A DNA stretch of 64,000 bases from an uncultured SAR116 cluster alpha proteobacterium (GTDB lineage Bacteria > Pseudomonadota > Alphaproteobacteria > Puniceispirillales > Marisalimonadaceae): positions 35,119-99,118 of the forward strand of contig CACMOJ010000003.1 in assembly GCA_902615325.1 (NCBI GenBank), in the 5' to 3' direction. The notes under the pieces are model-generated. The model had not been told where the DNA came from. It did no database searches and was given only the letters and a program-made list of their open reading frames with translations. Made by a program: the position numbers and the translations under genes. Below, piece by piece: positions 32,004-45,514 of this stretch; position 1 is the stretch's first letter, and every line of letters starts with the position of its first letter.

Positions 32004-32465
32004 TTACTTTAACCCTGTTGAGCCAAATCCGTTGGAAGATCTTTTGGTTTCAAAAATATTTACTTCACCTAATTCAAGTTGTATTTTAACAACTTGAGAA
32101 AAAACAATTTGCCCAATTCTCATGTTGGGTTTTATTGTAAATATTTTCGAGGAATGGTTTATTAAAATTACTTTGATTTCCCCTCTATAATCTGAGTCTA
32201 TTGTTCCTGGCGAGTTTAATATTGTAATTCCGTGATTTAGTGCAAGACCGGACCTTGGTCTTACTTGACCTTCATATCCTATGGGTATTTTCAATTTGAT
32301 TCCAGTTGGCACTAAAAATATCTCATTCTGTTTTAATTTTGTTTGATTTTTAATATCTGCAACTATATCTAAACCTGACGAATTATCTGAGTGATATTTT
32401 GGAATTTGAAAATTTTCAGATTGCGACACTTTTTCTATAATAATTTTTAACATAAATTTTTTCAT
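32004..32465 (-). CDS. dut: dUTP diphosphatase
   Basis: Motifs SGLDI, RSGLALNHGI, GTIDSDYRGE and GFGSTG. Its 5' end overlaps the coaBC 3' end by 38-50 nt. Confidence 0.9.
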   Translation of the reverse strand: MKKFMLKIIIEKVSQSENFQIPKYHSDNSSGLDIVADIKNQTKLKQNEIFLVPTGIKLKIPIGYEGQVRPRSGLALNHGITILNSPGTIDSDYRGEIKVILINHSSKIFTIKPNMRIGQIVFSQVVKIQLELGEVNIFETKRSSNGFGSTGLK

Positions 32466-33909
32466 GCAATTCTAAAGATTTTGAAATTATTAAATTTGCA
32501 ATTTCGTGCTTTGTTAATTTTTTTGTTTCTTCTATATTACCTTGTTTATCTATTATAAATATTTTGTTGTATTCTTCTCCAAAAATTGTATTTCCTTTTT
32601 CAATTAAATTAGCTACAACCATGTCCAATTGTTTTTCGTTTAATTTTTTTGTCGCATTATGAATTAAATTTTCTGTCTCTGCAGCAAATCCAATAACCAA
32701 TTTTGGTCTCTTTTTATTTTCGCTCACAAACTTAATGATATCAGGGTTGTTTTCTAATTTAAAAAAAAATTTTTCATGTTTTTTAAGTTTATCACTATTA
32801 GATAGTTTTTTATTTTTCATAGTATAAGGTATCAATTTCCAGTCACAAACTGCTGCACAACTAATAAAAATATCACAATCAATATTTTTTTCTACTTGAG
32901 AAAGCATTTCTTCAGCTGTTAAAACTTCTATTAGTTTATTTACACTCGGTTTTTTAATGTTTGTTGGGCCACTGATTAAAGTTACATTTGCTCCGCATTT
33001 TAAAAATTCTTCAGCCAATGCATAACCTTGTTTTCCCGAGGAATTATTAGATACATATCTTATAGGATCAATCTTCTCTTGAGTTGGACCCGCAGTTATT
33101 AAAATTTTTAATTTATTTTTAAATTCAGTATGTTTGTTACCCTCTTTTTTTAGAAGGTAATTTTTAGTAAATGAATATATTTTATCTATTTCTGGCAGTC
33201 TGCCTGTACCATTTTCACCGCATGCCATTACACCTGAATCAGGGCTAATTAAACCAACACCTCGTAGTTTTAAAATTTCTAAATTATTTTGAGTAGCTTT
33301 ATTTTGCCACATAAAAGGGTTCATTGAGGGAGCTATTAAAATTTTACTATCAGATGCTAAAATGATATTTGATCCTAAATCATCTGCAATTCCATATGTC
33401 ATTTTTGCAATAAAATTAGCAGTGCATGGAGCCACTAAAATTAAATCCTTATTCCTAGCTAAATTTATGTGATTCATATTCTCTTCTTCTTCAGAAGAAA
33501 ACAATTCTGTAAAACATTTTTTATTAATTAAACTCGTCACTATTAAGGGTGTAATAAATTTTTGCGCCGATTTTGTTAATACGACTTCAATATTAAAATC
33601 GTTTTTATAAAATAACCTTATTAATTCTAATATTTTGTAGCAGGATACACCGCCCGATATAATAATTAGAATACTAAATTTTGATTTTTTTTGGATATAA
33701 AAATTACTTTTATTGTCTTTGTGTTCACTATAAATATTTAAATTTTTTTCTCTCATTAATGTATTCAGTTTATTCATATATGATTTTGGAATTTTATTCT
33801 TTTTTTTCCAATTAGATATGGTTGATGGGTTTGTGTTTAGTAATTTAGAAACAGAACCAGTACCACCTAGTTTAAAAATTATCTCAGGAATATTAATGAA
33901 ATTATTCAT
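32416..33909 (-). CDS. coaBC: phosphopantothenoylcysteine decarboxylase/phosphopantothenate--cysteine ligase CoaBC with an N-terminal HTH extension
   Basis: Flavoprotein domain from about aa 77 (ILIIISGGVSCYK) and CoaB domain (ITAGPTQEKIDPIRYVSNNSSGKQG). The first ~75 aa form a Cro/YdaS-like HTH (VSKLLNTNPSTISNWKKKNKIP). The ATG is 4 nt after the ubiB stop. Confidence 0.9.
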   Translation of the reverse strand: MNNFINIPEIIFKLGGTGSVSKLLNTNPSTISNWKKKNKIPKSYMNKLNTLMREKNLNIYSEHKDNKSNFYIQKKSKFSILIIISGGVSCYKILELIRLFYKNDFNIEVVLTKSAQKFITPLIVTSLINKKCFTELFSSEEEENMNHINLARNKDLILVAPCTANFIAKMTYGIADDLGSNIILASDSKILIAPSMNPFMWQNKATQNNLEILKLRGVGLISPDSGVMACGENGTGRLPEIDKIYSFTKNYLLKKEGNKHTEFKNKLKILITAGPTQEKIDPIRYVSNNSSGKQGYALAEEFLKCGANVTLISGPTNIKKPSVNKLIEVLTAEEMLSQVEKNIDCDIFISCAAVCDWKLIPYTMKNKKLSNSDKLKKHEKFFFKLENNPDIIKFVSENKKRPKLVIGFAAETENLIHNATKKLNEKQLDMVVANLIEKGNTIFGEEYNKIFIIDKQGNIEETKKLTKHEIANLIISKSLELHEKIYVKNYYRKSVAI

Positions 33910-33913
33910 AAAA

Positions 33914-35371
33914 TTATTTAATATTTAAAAGTTTTCTAAAGATTTTATCAATTTTTTGAAATATTTCAACTAATTCTTCTTTAAAGAAGCTATTATCATT
34001 AATTTTTTCAAATAAAAAATCATATTTCATATTATTTTTGATCCATTCTGTCATTAACGGTTCAGTGGTTTGCCATATATTTGCTTTTGGGTTAATTTGT
34101 CTAGCAATGCCCTCTGCCATGATCATAGATTTTTGTAGTAAACAAAACTTGGCTTGTATTTTAATGTTAAACTTTCTCGATAATGCAAGTATTTCTCCAA
34201 ATAAATTGCCCATTGAAATGTCTCCAATTGGTTTATTTAGAATAGGAGTAGCTAAGATTCTAATTTCTTGAGTTAACTTATGTAAATCTGTATCTCTATC
34301 AAGCATTCCATTTTCCTGATGAAGTTTTGCGATTTTATAAAATTGTTTATTTAATAGAAAATTAAAAAGTTTTGCTAGAAATTTTCTATCATTTATATTC
34401 AGCCGACCCATAATTCCAAAGTCTATAGCTATTATCTTTCCAGACTTATCAACAAAAATGTTTCCAGGGTGTAAATCACCGTGAAAGAAACCATCTCTAA
34501 AAGTTTGATAGAAAAAAATTTCAGATGCAACTTTTGTTAAATTTTCTATATTTATTTTTTTTTTAAAATCTGAAATTTGATCAATTCTTAAACCATCAAT
34601 AAATTCACTTGTTAATATTTTTTTAGTTGTATACTCCCAATGAATTTTAGGTGTATCAAATAACTTATAACTACTAAAATTTTCTCTAAGTTGTTCAGAG
34701 TTAGATGCTTCTAACCTAAGGTCTATCTCGTCGAGTGAGCTATTTGCAAATGTAGATATAATCTCTTTAAGACTTAATCTTTTACAGTTTGTTGAAAAAA
34801 ATTCTAATGTATTACAAATTCCATAAAATAGTTTAAAATCTTTGAAAAGTGTCTGCTCGATATTTGGCCTTAAAATTTTTATTGCTACTTTTTTACCATT
34901 TTTGAGTATTCCCTTATGAACTTGAGCTACAGAAGCAGCAGCGATAGGTTTTTCTTCAAATAAATTAAATATTTCATTTATTTTTTTGTTCGTTTCTTCT
35001 TCTACAATCTTAATCGCTTCTTTGTCAGAAAAAGGAGGAAGTTTATCTTGTAACAAAATTAATCTATTAGTTATATTTAGACCAAATATATCTGGTCTGG
35101 TGGATAATGCTTGCCCAAGTTTCACAAACCCTGGGCCAATCTCTCCTAGACTATTCAGAAACTCACTATTAATTTTTCTCTTTTCAAAAATGAATTTTAA
35201 AGTTTTACATATCATTTGATAATTTTTACTTACTAAATTTAATTTCTGGATTTCTGTAAGTAGACCATTACGGATCAAAATATAAACAATAAAGAAAAGT
35301 CTACAAAATATTAGAGGATATTCATAAAATTTGGGTACAATTATTTTTATATGTCTCATTAAAATTTCCAT
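33914..35371 (-). CDS. ubiB: ubiquinone biosynthesis regulatory kinase-like protein UbiB (ABC1/ADCK family)
   Basis: Motifs GPGFVKLGQALSTRPD, AAASVAQVH, VAIKILRP and FFHGDLHPGNIFV. An alternative ATG at 35359 would give a TAATG junction with ubiE. Confidence 0.85.
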   Translation of the reverse strand: MEILMRHIKIIVPKFYEYPLIFCRLFFIVYILIRNGLLTEIQKLNLVSKNYQMICKTLKFIFEKRKINSEFLNSLGEIGPGFVKLGQALSTRPDIFGLNITNRLILLQDKLPPFSDKEAIKIVEEETNKKINEIFNLFEEKPIAAASVAQVHKGILKNGKKVAIKILRPNIEQTLFKDFKLFYGICNTLEFFSTNCKRLSLKEIISTFANSSLDEIDLRLEASNSEQLRENFSSYKLFDTPKIHWEYTTKKILTSEFIDGLRIDQISDFKKKINIENLTKVASEIFFYQTFRDGFFHGDLHPGNIFVDKSGKIIAIDFGIMGRLNINDRKFLAKLFNFLLNKQFYKIAKLHQENGMLDRDTDLHKLTQEIRILATPILNKPIGDISMGNLFGEILALSRKFNIKIQAKFCLLQKSMIMAEGIARQINPKANIWQTTEPLMTEWIKNNMKYDFLFEKINDNSFFKEELVEIFQKIDKIFRKLLNIK

Positions 35372-36087
35372 CCAGAATGTAATGCAACTATACCGCTTGA
35401 TAAATTTTTATATTTAACTCTTTCAAATTTAGATTTGACTAACATTGACGATAAATCATCTTGGTCAGGAAACACGCGAATGGATTCTACGAGATATTTA
35501 TATGCATCTTCATTTTTTGTAATAATTCTTCCTAATTTGGGAATAATTTTAAAAGACCACAAATCATAAAATTTTTTTATAATGTCGTCATTTACTTTGC
35601 TAAATTCTAAACATATAAATCTACCCCCGGGTTTTAAAACTCTATATATTTCATTAAGCGCTAATTGTCTGTTAGTTATATTTCTCAATCCAAAAGCTAT
35701 AGTTACTCTATCATATGCATTGCTTTTAATCGGAAGTTTTTCACAATTTCCAACAATGTAACGAAGTCTATTATCATTAGATTTACCATAAAAAAGCATT
35801 TTATAGTTAATATCTAAGATGTCAGCTGACAAACCACCAGATTTGATGAAATTTTTGGCTATGTCTCCGGTCCCGCCAGCAATATCTAATAAAGCTTGAT
35901 TAGGCTGGGGGGCAATAGAATTAATTAATTCCTGTTTCCATAACCTATGAATACCTAAACTTGATAAATCATTCATTAAATCGTATTTGGATGATACAGA
36001 ATTGAAAATATTATTTACTAACTTTTCTTTCTTATTTATGTTAATTTTTTTAAAGCCAAAATCGATTTTTTTAAAACTATTTTTCAT
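35359..36087 (-). CDS. ubiE: demethylmenaquinone/ubiquinone C-methyltransferase UbiE
   Basis: Motifs VSSKYDLMND, SAM motif LLDIAGGTGD and RVLKPGGRFICLEFS. ubiE-ubiB order. Confidence 0.9.
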   Translation of the reverse strand: MKNSFKKIDFGFKKININKKEKLVNNIFNSVSSKYDLMNDLSSLGIHRLWKQELINSIAPQPNQALLDIAGGTGDIAKNFIKSGGLSADILDINYKMLFYGKSNDNRLRYIVGNCEKLPIKSNAYDRVTIAFGLRNITNRQLALNEIYRVLKPGGRFICLEFSKVNDDIIKKFYDLWSFKIIPKLGRIITKNEDAYKYLVESIRVFPDQDDLSSMLVKSKFERVKYKNLSSGIVALHSGWKF

Positions 36088-36106
36088 TGTTTGATTATAA
36101 ACTAAA

Positions 36107-36943
36107 ATGCCTGAATTACCAGAAGTTGAAACATCAAGGAATTATTTAAAGCAAACACTTTTAAATTCAAAAATAATAAGCGTTCAATTTAATGTGCTCA
36201 AATTGAGATGGAAAATTAATTTAGACATAAAATTTTTTTTAAATAACATGATAATTATAAAAATTGATCGTATTGGAAAATACATACTAATAAAAACTTC
36301 AAACAAAAAAACTTTAATTTTGCACCTTGGTATGAGTGGATATTTGAGCGTTAGTAAATTTAATTACAAAAAAATAAAACATGATCACATGATCATCAAT
36401 TTTGAGAGAAAAAATGGAGAGAAAAAAAAATTAGTTTTTAATGATCAAAGAAGATTTGGTCACATAGATTTATATGATACTTCAAATCTCAATAATCATT
36501 TTTTAATTAAAAATTTAGGAATAGATGCTTTAAGTGAAGATTTAAAAATTGATTTTTTAAAAAAAACATTTTCTATGAAAAAAACTACAATTAAAACTGT
36601 TCTTTTAGATCAAAAAATTATATGTGGAATAGGCAACATTTATGCTTCTGAAATCTTGTTTTATTCAAAAATTTATCCTTTAAAAAAGGCATGTCATCTA
36701 AATGCACTAGAAACTACTTTACTTTTAGATAAAATTAAATTTGTACTTACAAAAGCGATTTTAAATGGTGGTACAACTATTAAAGATTATAAAAAACCAG
36801 ATGGAAAAGTTGGTTATTTTAAACAAAAATTAAAAGTTTATGGCAGAGAAAAATTAAAATGCTATGATTGTGAAAGTATAATTTTGAAAATAGATATTAA
36901 TAAAAGAGCAACATATATATGTCCACAATGTCAAAAAAAATAA
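36107..36943 (+). CDS. mutM: formamidopyrimidine-DNA glycosylase
   Basis: N-terminal MPELPEVE, an H2TH region, and a C-terminal zinc finger (CYDC...CPQCQ). Confidence 0.9.
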   Translation: MPELPEVETSRNYLKQTLLNSKIISVQFNVLKLRWKINLDIKFFLNNMIIIKIDRIGKYILIKTSNKKTLILHLGMSGYLSVSKFNYKKIKHDHMIINFERKNGEKKKLVFNDQRRFGHIDLYDTSNLNNHFLIKNLGIDALSEDLKIDFLKKTFSMKKTTIKTVLLDQKIICGIGNIYASEILFYSKIYPLKKACHLNALETTLLLDKIKFVLTKAILNGGTTIKDYKKPDGKVGYFKQKLKVYGREKLKCYDCESIILKIDINKRATYICPQCQKK

Positions 36944-37329
36944 TTAGTAATATTAATTTTTTCTTATTTTTTTTTACATTATTATTTTTTTTTGGCAGCA
37001 AATCCTTTGGCAAGGTTGAAAAGCTTCAAATCGAAAATTGGATTGAAGACATTCCTATCTTAACAACATTGATTGGAAAGAAAATAGACGTTGTTGAATT
37101 TGATTCTTCTAATGGAAAAATAATATCTATTTTTGTTGATAGTAAGGGATTGTCAAAAAAGAAAATTTATTCTTTTTATAAAAAATTCTTTAAAGCTAAA
37201 AATTGGGACAATGATAAAGATAAATTTGTATGGGTATTAAAAAGTAAAAGATTTAAAAAAAAGACATTTAAGATTGAAAATTTTGAAGATAAAATTTTTA
37301 TAATTAAAATAATTACAGAAAACTTTTAA
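36919..37329 (+). CDS. hypothetical small secreted protein
   Basis: 136-aa ORF with a signal-like segment (FFLFFFTLLFFFGSKSFG). I recognise no family. Overlaps the mutM 3' end by 25 nt. Confidence 0.4.
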   Translation: MSTMSKKIISNINFFLFFFTLLFFFGSKSFGKVEKLQIENWIEDIPILTTLIGKKIDVVEFDSSNGKIISIFVDSKGLSKKKIYSFYKKFFKAKNWDNDKDKFVWVLKSKRFKKKTFKIENFEDKIFIIKIITENF

Positions 37330-37376
37330 CTTGACATATTTATATTTAGAATGTAGCCCTTTTTTAGGGGAAGTAA

Positions 37377-37640
37377 ATGGCAAATCATAAATCTGCGAAG
37401 AAAAGAATTAGAAGGAATGATAAGTTTCAACTTGTAAACAAGATTAGAAAGACAAGAGTAAGAACTTTCATTAAAAAAGTTGAAAATTTTATTTTAGAGA
37501 ATGACAAAAAAAACGCCCAACTAGCTTTTATTGAAGCTCAACCTGAAATGCATAGATCAATATCAAAAGGTGTTTTCAAGAAAAATACAATTTCGAGAAA
37601 ATTATCAAGACTTTCAAATAAAATTAAATTGCTTAAATAG
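37377..37640 (+). CDS. rpsT: 30S ribosomal protein S20
   Basis: MANHKSAKKRIRRN start. 87 aa. rpsT-dnaA adjacency is common in alphaproteobacteria. Confidence 0.9.
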   Translation: MANHKSAKKRIRRNDKFQLVNKIRKTRVRTFIKKVENFILENDKKNAQLAFIEAQPEMHRSISKGVFKKNTISRKLSRLSNKIKLLK

Positions 37641-37956
37641 CTTTTCAATAATTATATTTCATGTCTATAAACGATTCGCTAATTTTAACTGGTAATTTAT
37701 TTTCAATAATAAATCAAGTTAGCTGAAATTAGTTCTTTAATGGATTTATATCTAATTGGTTGAATCATTTCTTAATATCGAGAATCGTAATAAAATCAAT
37801 AAACTCTGCATATAAATTAATACTATTTAAAATATTTTTTTTTATATATTAAATTTGTAAATTACAATTTCTATGAATAAATAATTTTTTCTTAATTTTA
37901 AAAAATATTAAGTATCTGTAATTAATAGATAAATTTATAAAAAATGAAAATCAATG

Positions 37957-37973
37957 TTTTTTTTTTTTTTTTT
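37957..37973. repeat. T17 homopolymer, 58 nt upstream of the dnaA ATG
   Basis: Counted directly. It is the longest homopolymer I saw in the window. Confidence 0.95.
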
Positions 37974-38031
37974 AAACCATATAATTTGCTTTACCTTTTG
38001 ATTAAGCTTTAATTAAAATTAGAGTTTATAA

Positions 38032-39408
38032 ATGTCAAATAAAACTATTCAAAATAATAATAACTATGATAATACATGGCTAATCGTACAAAATGATTTA
38101 AAAGATGATTTAAAGAGTATCATTTGGAATTCGTGGGTTAAACCACTTGTATTTATAAATTATTCAAATTTCATCTTAACAATTCAAACACCTTCAGAGC
38201 TTGTTAAAAATAGAATTGATAACCAATATTACGACAAAATATTTTTTAGGGCAAAAAGACTCTTTATTGGATTAAATAAGATAAAATTCACTGTTCAAAC
38301 TGGAAAAAAAAATTTCCAAATATTAAACAAAACAATGCCGATAGAAAAAAATCAAACTCTCTCGTCAATATCATTTACAGACAATGCTTCAAAAATTTTA
38401 AATAAAAATTATACATTTGAAAACTTTATTGTGGATAAGTCGAATGAACTTGCTTATTTTTCAGCTAAAAGGTTAGTTCAAGAATTTAATGTAGATTATA
38501 ACCCTTTTTTTATATATGGAAATGTGGGCATTGGCAAAACTCATTTGCTAAATGCAATTGCATGGAATATTCAAAAAAATAATAACAAAAAATTTATATA
38601 TATTTCAGCTGAAAGATTTATGTATCAATTTATAAAATCTTTAAAAATGAATGAAACCTTACGTTTTAAAGATCAGTTTCGATCTATTGATATCCTGATG
38701 ATTGATGATTTGCAATTCATTGGTGGAAAAAAGTCTACTCAAGAAGAATTTTTTCATTTGTTGAATGATCTTATTGATAACAAAAAACAAGTTATAATTA
38801 CTGCTGACAAATCTCCTTCGAATATCAAAAACCTTGATTATAAAATTAGATCCAGGCTCTCAGGAGGTCTTGTTGTAGATATTTTACCAACAACATTTGA
38901 ATTAAGAAAAAAAATAATAAGAAATAAAGTGTCTACAAAAAACGTAAATCTAGAAAAAGATATAATAACTTTTTTAGCTGAAAACATTTTTAATAGTGTT
39001 CGAGAATTAGAGGGGGCATTGAATAAAATAATGTTATATTCAGATATAACAAATTTAAACCTAAATCTTGCAAGTGCAAAAACTATATTAGCTGATTATT
39101 TAAATAAATCTCATAAAAAGATAACAATTAAGGATATTCAACTTGAAGTGTCAAAATATTACAATCTTCAATTTCATGAACTTTGTTCTAAAAATAGATC
39201 AAGACATATTTCAAAACCAAGGCACATCGCAATGTTTTTGTCAAAACAATTGACTGATGCTTCTTACCCTGAAATAGGTAAACTTTTTGGTGGAAAGGAT
39301 CATGCGACTGTTATACATGGCGTAAACAAAATCAAATTTTTAATCGAAACTGATCGAAAAGTTAAACAAGATTTAGATAACATAACTCTGATCTTAAAAG
39401 AAGATTAG
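38032..39408 (+). CDS. dnaA: chromosomal replication initiator protein DnaA
   Basis: AAA+ Walker A GNVGIGKTHLL, Walker B LMIDDLQF, box VII SVRELEGAL, and a C-terminal DNA-binding domain (PRHIAMFLSKQLT, GGKDHATVIHG). Confidence 0.95.
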   Translation: MSNKTIQNNNNYDNTWLIVQNDLKDDLKSIIWNSWVKPLVFINYSNFILTIQTPSELVKNRIDNQYYDKIFFRAKRLFIGLNKIKFTVQTGKKNFQILNKTMPIEKNQTLSSISFTDNASKILNKNYTFENFIVDKSNELAYFSAKRLVQEFNVDYNPFFIYGNVGIGKTHLLNAIAWNIQKNNNKKFIYISAERFMYQFIKSLKMNETLRFKDQFRSIDILMIDDLQFIGGKKSTQEEFFHLLNDLIDNKKQVIITADKSPSNIKNLDYKIRSRLSGGLVVDILPTTFELRKKIIRNKVSTKNVNLEKDIITFLAENIFNSVRELEGALNKIMLYSDITNLNLNLASAKTILADYLNKSHKKITIKDIQLEVSKYYNLQFHELCSKNRSRHISKPRHIAMFLSKQLTDASYPEIGKLFGGKDHATVIHGVNKIKFLIETDRKVKQDLDNITLILKED

Positions 39409-39524
39409 TTATATGTACTATATATACGTAAAAATTTGCTGATTTCTAAAATAAATGCTATATTTTGTACTAAGTTAGAAATTATATTCAATAAAACTCA
39501 CATAATCAAAATATGGAAAAATAA

Positions 39525-40634
39525 ATGAAGTTTGCAATTGTTAAAACAGATTTAATAAAACCCTTAAGCCACATTAATTCAGTGGTTGAACGAAAAAATG
39601 CAATTGCGATTTTGTCAAATCTGGTAATCGAAGCTTTCGGAAAAGAAATTAATTTCATAGCTACTGATATGGAATTAGATTTAAAGGAAAAAATCTCAGC
39701 TAATATAATGTCAGATGGAAAAATTACAGTTCCAGCTCACACATTACACGATATTGTTAAGAAACTCCCAGATGGTTCTGAAATTTTAATGTACAATAAT
39801 GATAACAATTTAATATTAGAATGCGGTAAATCGAAATTTACTTTACCTACTTTGCCCTTTGATGATTTTCCAGTTATGACTGACATATCTGAAGGAAAAG
39901 AATTTTCAATTAGTTCTGAAGATATGAAAAATTTAATTGATAATACAAAGTTTGCAATTTCACTAGAAGAAACTAGATACTATCTAAATGGCATTTATAT
40001 CCATCAAGATACAGAAAATAAAAATTTTTTAAAAGGAGTAGCAACTGATGGGCATAGATTAGCTCAGGTTAAACTTAAACTTCCAGAAGGCGCAGAAGGA
40101 ATTCCATCTATAATTATTCCAAGAAAAACAGTAAATGAGCTAAGGAAATTATTGGAAGAAACAGATGGTGATATATTAATAAAGGTTTCAAAAAATAAGA
40201 TTAAATTTACTGTTAATGATTGCGTTTTAACCTCAAAATTAATTGATGGAACATTTCCAGACTATCAAAGGGTAATACCTAAAGAAAATAAAAATAAACT
40301 AGAAGTTCTAACTAAGGATTTTAGAGATGCTGTCGATAGAGTTTCTACTATATCTATAGAGAAAACTAGAGCAGTAAAACTTGAAATAAATAACAATTCG
40401 CTATTGTTAAAAGTAAGTAATAGTGAAATTGGCAATGCTCTTGAAGAACTTACAATTGATTTCGGTGGAGAAAAACTTGAGATTGGATTTAATTCTAAAT
40501 ATTTATTAGATATAACCAACCAAATTCAAGGTGATAAGGTTCATTTTTCATTGTCTGATTCCTCTTCCCCAGCTTTGATTACAGATGAAGAGCAAGAAGG
40601 TACTATTTTTGTTTTGATGCCAATGAGGGTATAG
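39525..40634 (+). CDS. dnaN: DNA polymerase III beta sliding clamp
   Basis: 369 aa with TDGHRLA and PDYQRVIP motifs. dnaA-dnaN-recF-gyrB order. Confidence 0.95.
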   Translation: MKFAIVKTDLIKPLSHINSVVERKNAIAILSNLVIEAFGKEINFIATDMELDLKEKISANIMSDGKITVPAHTLHDIVKKLPDGSEILMYNNDNNLILECGKSKFTLPTLPFDDFPVMTDISEGKEFSISSEDMKNLIDNTKFAISLEETRYYLNGIYIHQDTENKNFLKGVATDGHRLAQVKLKLPEGAEGIPSIIIPRKTVNELRKLLEETDGDILIKVSKNKIKFTVNDCVLTSKLIDGTFPDYQRVIPKENKNKLEVLTKDFRDAVDRVSTISIEKTRAVKLEINNNSLLLKVSNSEIGNALEELTIDFGGEKLEIGFNSKYLLDITNQIQGDKVHFSLSDSSSPALITDEEQEGTIFVLMPMRV

Positions 40635-40647
40635 AATTAAGAAGTTA

Positions 40648-44254
<3,607 letters not shown>

Positions 44255-44258
44255 AAGA

Positions 44259-45488
44259 TTAATTTAAATTGTCAGTTCTCAATAATATATCTGAAATTAA
44301 TAAAGATGAAAAAGCACTTAATGTCCATCCTAAATGTCCGTGGCCAGTATTGTAAAATATTCCAGGTAATTTCCCTTTACCAATTTTAGGCATCATACTT
44401 GGGGTCATGGGTCTTAATCCTGCCCAAGGTTTATAGTATTCGGTTGACACTTTTGGAAAAAGTTTGTTACTCCATTTAATTAATGGAAGTATTCTGTCTG
44501 CTCTTATATCTTTATTATAACCATTAAATTCGGCTGTACCTGCTATTCTAAATCTATTTGTACCAAGTCTACTTGACACAATTTTAGCTCCATCATCAAG
44601 TAATGAAACTTCAGGTGCATGTTTTTGACTAACTTTATCATTAAGATCGATCGTTATGGAATAGCCCTTAACAGGATATATATTAACGTTATCTCCTAAT
44701 TTAGAAGCTATAAACTTACTTGACACACCTGCACAAATTACAGTTGCATCAAAAGTATCAGTATTGTCAGTGTTTTGAGAACTAAATTTTAATTCAACTA
44801 AATTATGCCTATAAACTATATCATTTATGGATGTATCATAATTAAACTTGACATTATTTTTCTCACAAATTTTAGCTAATTGAGTGCAAAACATATGGAT
44901 ATCTCCAGACATATCACTTTTTGTAAAGAAACCACCAAAAAAATTATCTAGATTAATTGTAGGTTCAATTTTTTGAATTTCTTTGTTATTAAGTGGTTCT
45001 CTTTTTAAACCAGCTTTTGTTAGCCATTCATTAACTTTTAATCCATGATTAAAATTTTCTTCTGAATTACAAAGATGTAAAATACCCTTTTCTTTAAAGT
45101 CAAAATCAATGTTTTCATCTTTAAGTAGTTCTTTTAATAGATTGCCACTTTCAATTGCCATCTTTACTGAGGCAATTGTATTTTTTTCATGATTTTTAAC
45201 ATTTGATAAAAAACTTAAAAACCATCCTATTTTATGTAAGGAAGGTTTTAAATTGATAGATAGAGGAGCATCTTTTTTAAAAATCCATTGTATTCCTTGG
45301 TAAATAGTTTTCCAGTTTGTCCATACTTCACCATTACATGCTGATAATTGACCACCATTAGCATAACTTGTTTCCATTGCAGCATATTTCTGTTTATCAA
45401 AAACAGTTACATCATAACCTTTTTTCATTAACTGATATGCTGTTGTTATTCCTGTAATTCCTGCTCCAATAACTGCTATTTTTTTCAT
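44259..45488 (-). CDS. FAD-dependent D-amino-acid dehydrogenase (DadA) homologue
   Basis: Dinucleotide fold IAVIGAGITGITTAY and DadA-like blocks ETSYANGGQLS, YPVKGYSITI, WAGLRPMTP and NTGHGHLGWT. Start taken at ATG 45488 (MKKIAVIG), preceded by GGAG. Confidence 0.8.
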   Translation of the reverse strand: MKKIAVIGAGITGITTAYQLMKKGYDVTVFDKQKYAAMETSYANGGQLSACNGEVWTNWKTIYQGIQWIFKKDAPLSINLKPSLHKIGWFLSFLSNVKNHEKNTIASVKMAIESGNLLKELLKDENIDFDFKEKGILHLCNSEENFNHGLKVNEWLTKAGLKREPLNNKEIQKIEPTINLDNFFGGFFTKSDMSGDIHMFCTQLAKICEKNNVKFNYDTSINDIVYRHNLVELKFSSQNTDNTDTFDATVICAGVSSKFIASKLGDNVNIYPVKGYSITIDLNDKVSQKHAPEVSLLDDGAKIVSSRLGTNRFRIAGTAEFNGYNKDIRADRILPLIKWSNKLFPKVSTEYYKPWAGLRPMTPSMMPKIGKGKLPGIFYNTGHGHLGWTLSAFSSLLISDILLRTDNLN

Positions 45489-45514
45489 AAAAACTCCATA
45501 ACAAACCAAGCCCT

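Noticed and set aside
37331-37336. Perfect TTGACA hexamer upstream of rpsT as a -35 element.
   Set aside because: No acceptable -10 hexamer lies at 16-18 nt spacing. The only TAGAAT is 10 nt away. A single hexamer is not enough in a genome this AT-rich.
37641-38031. Search for canonical DnaA boxes (TTATCCACA / TGTGGATAA) upstream of dnaA. I also checked the dnaA-dnaN spacer at 39409-39524.
   Set aside because: I found no match better than about 5 of 9 positions by eye. I therefore do not annotate DnaA boxes or an oriC feature, and only flag the region.
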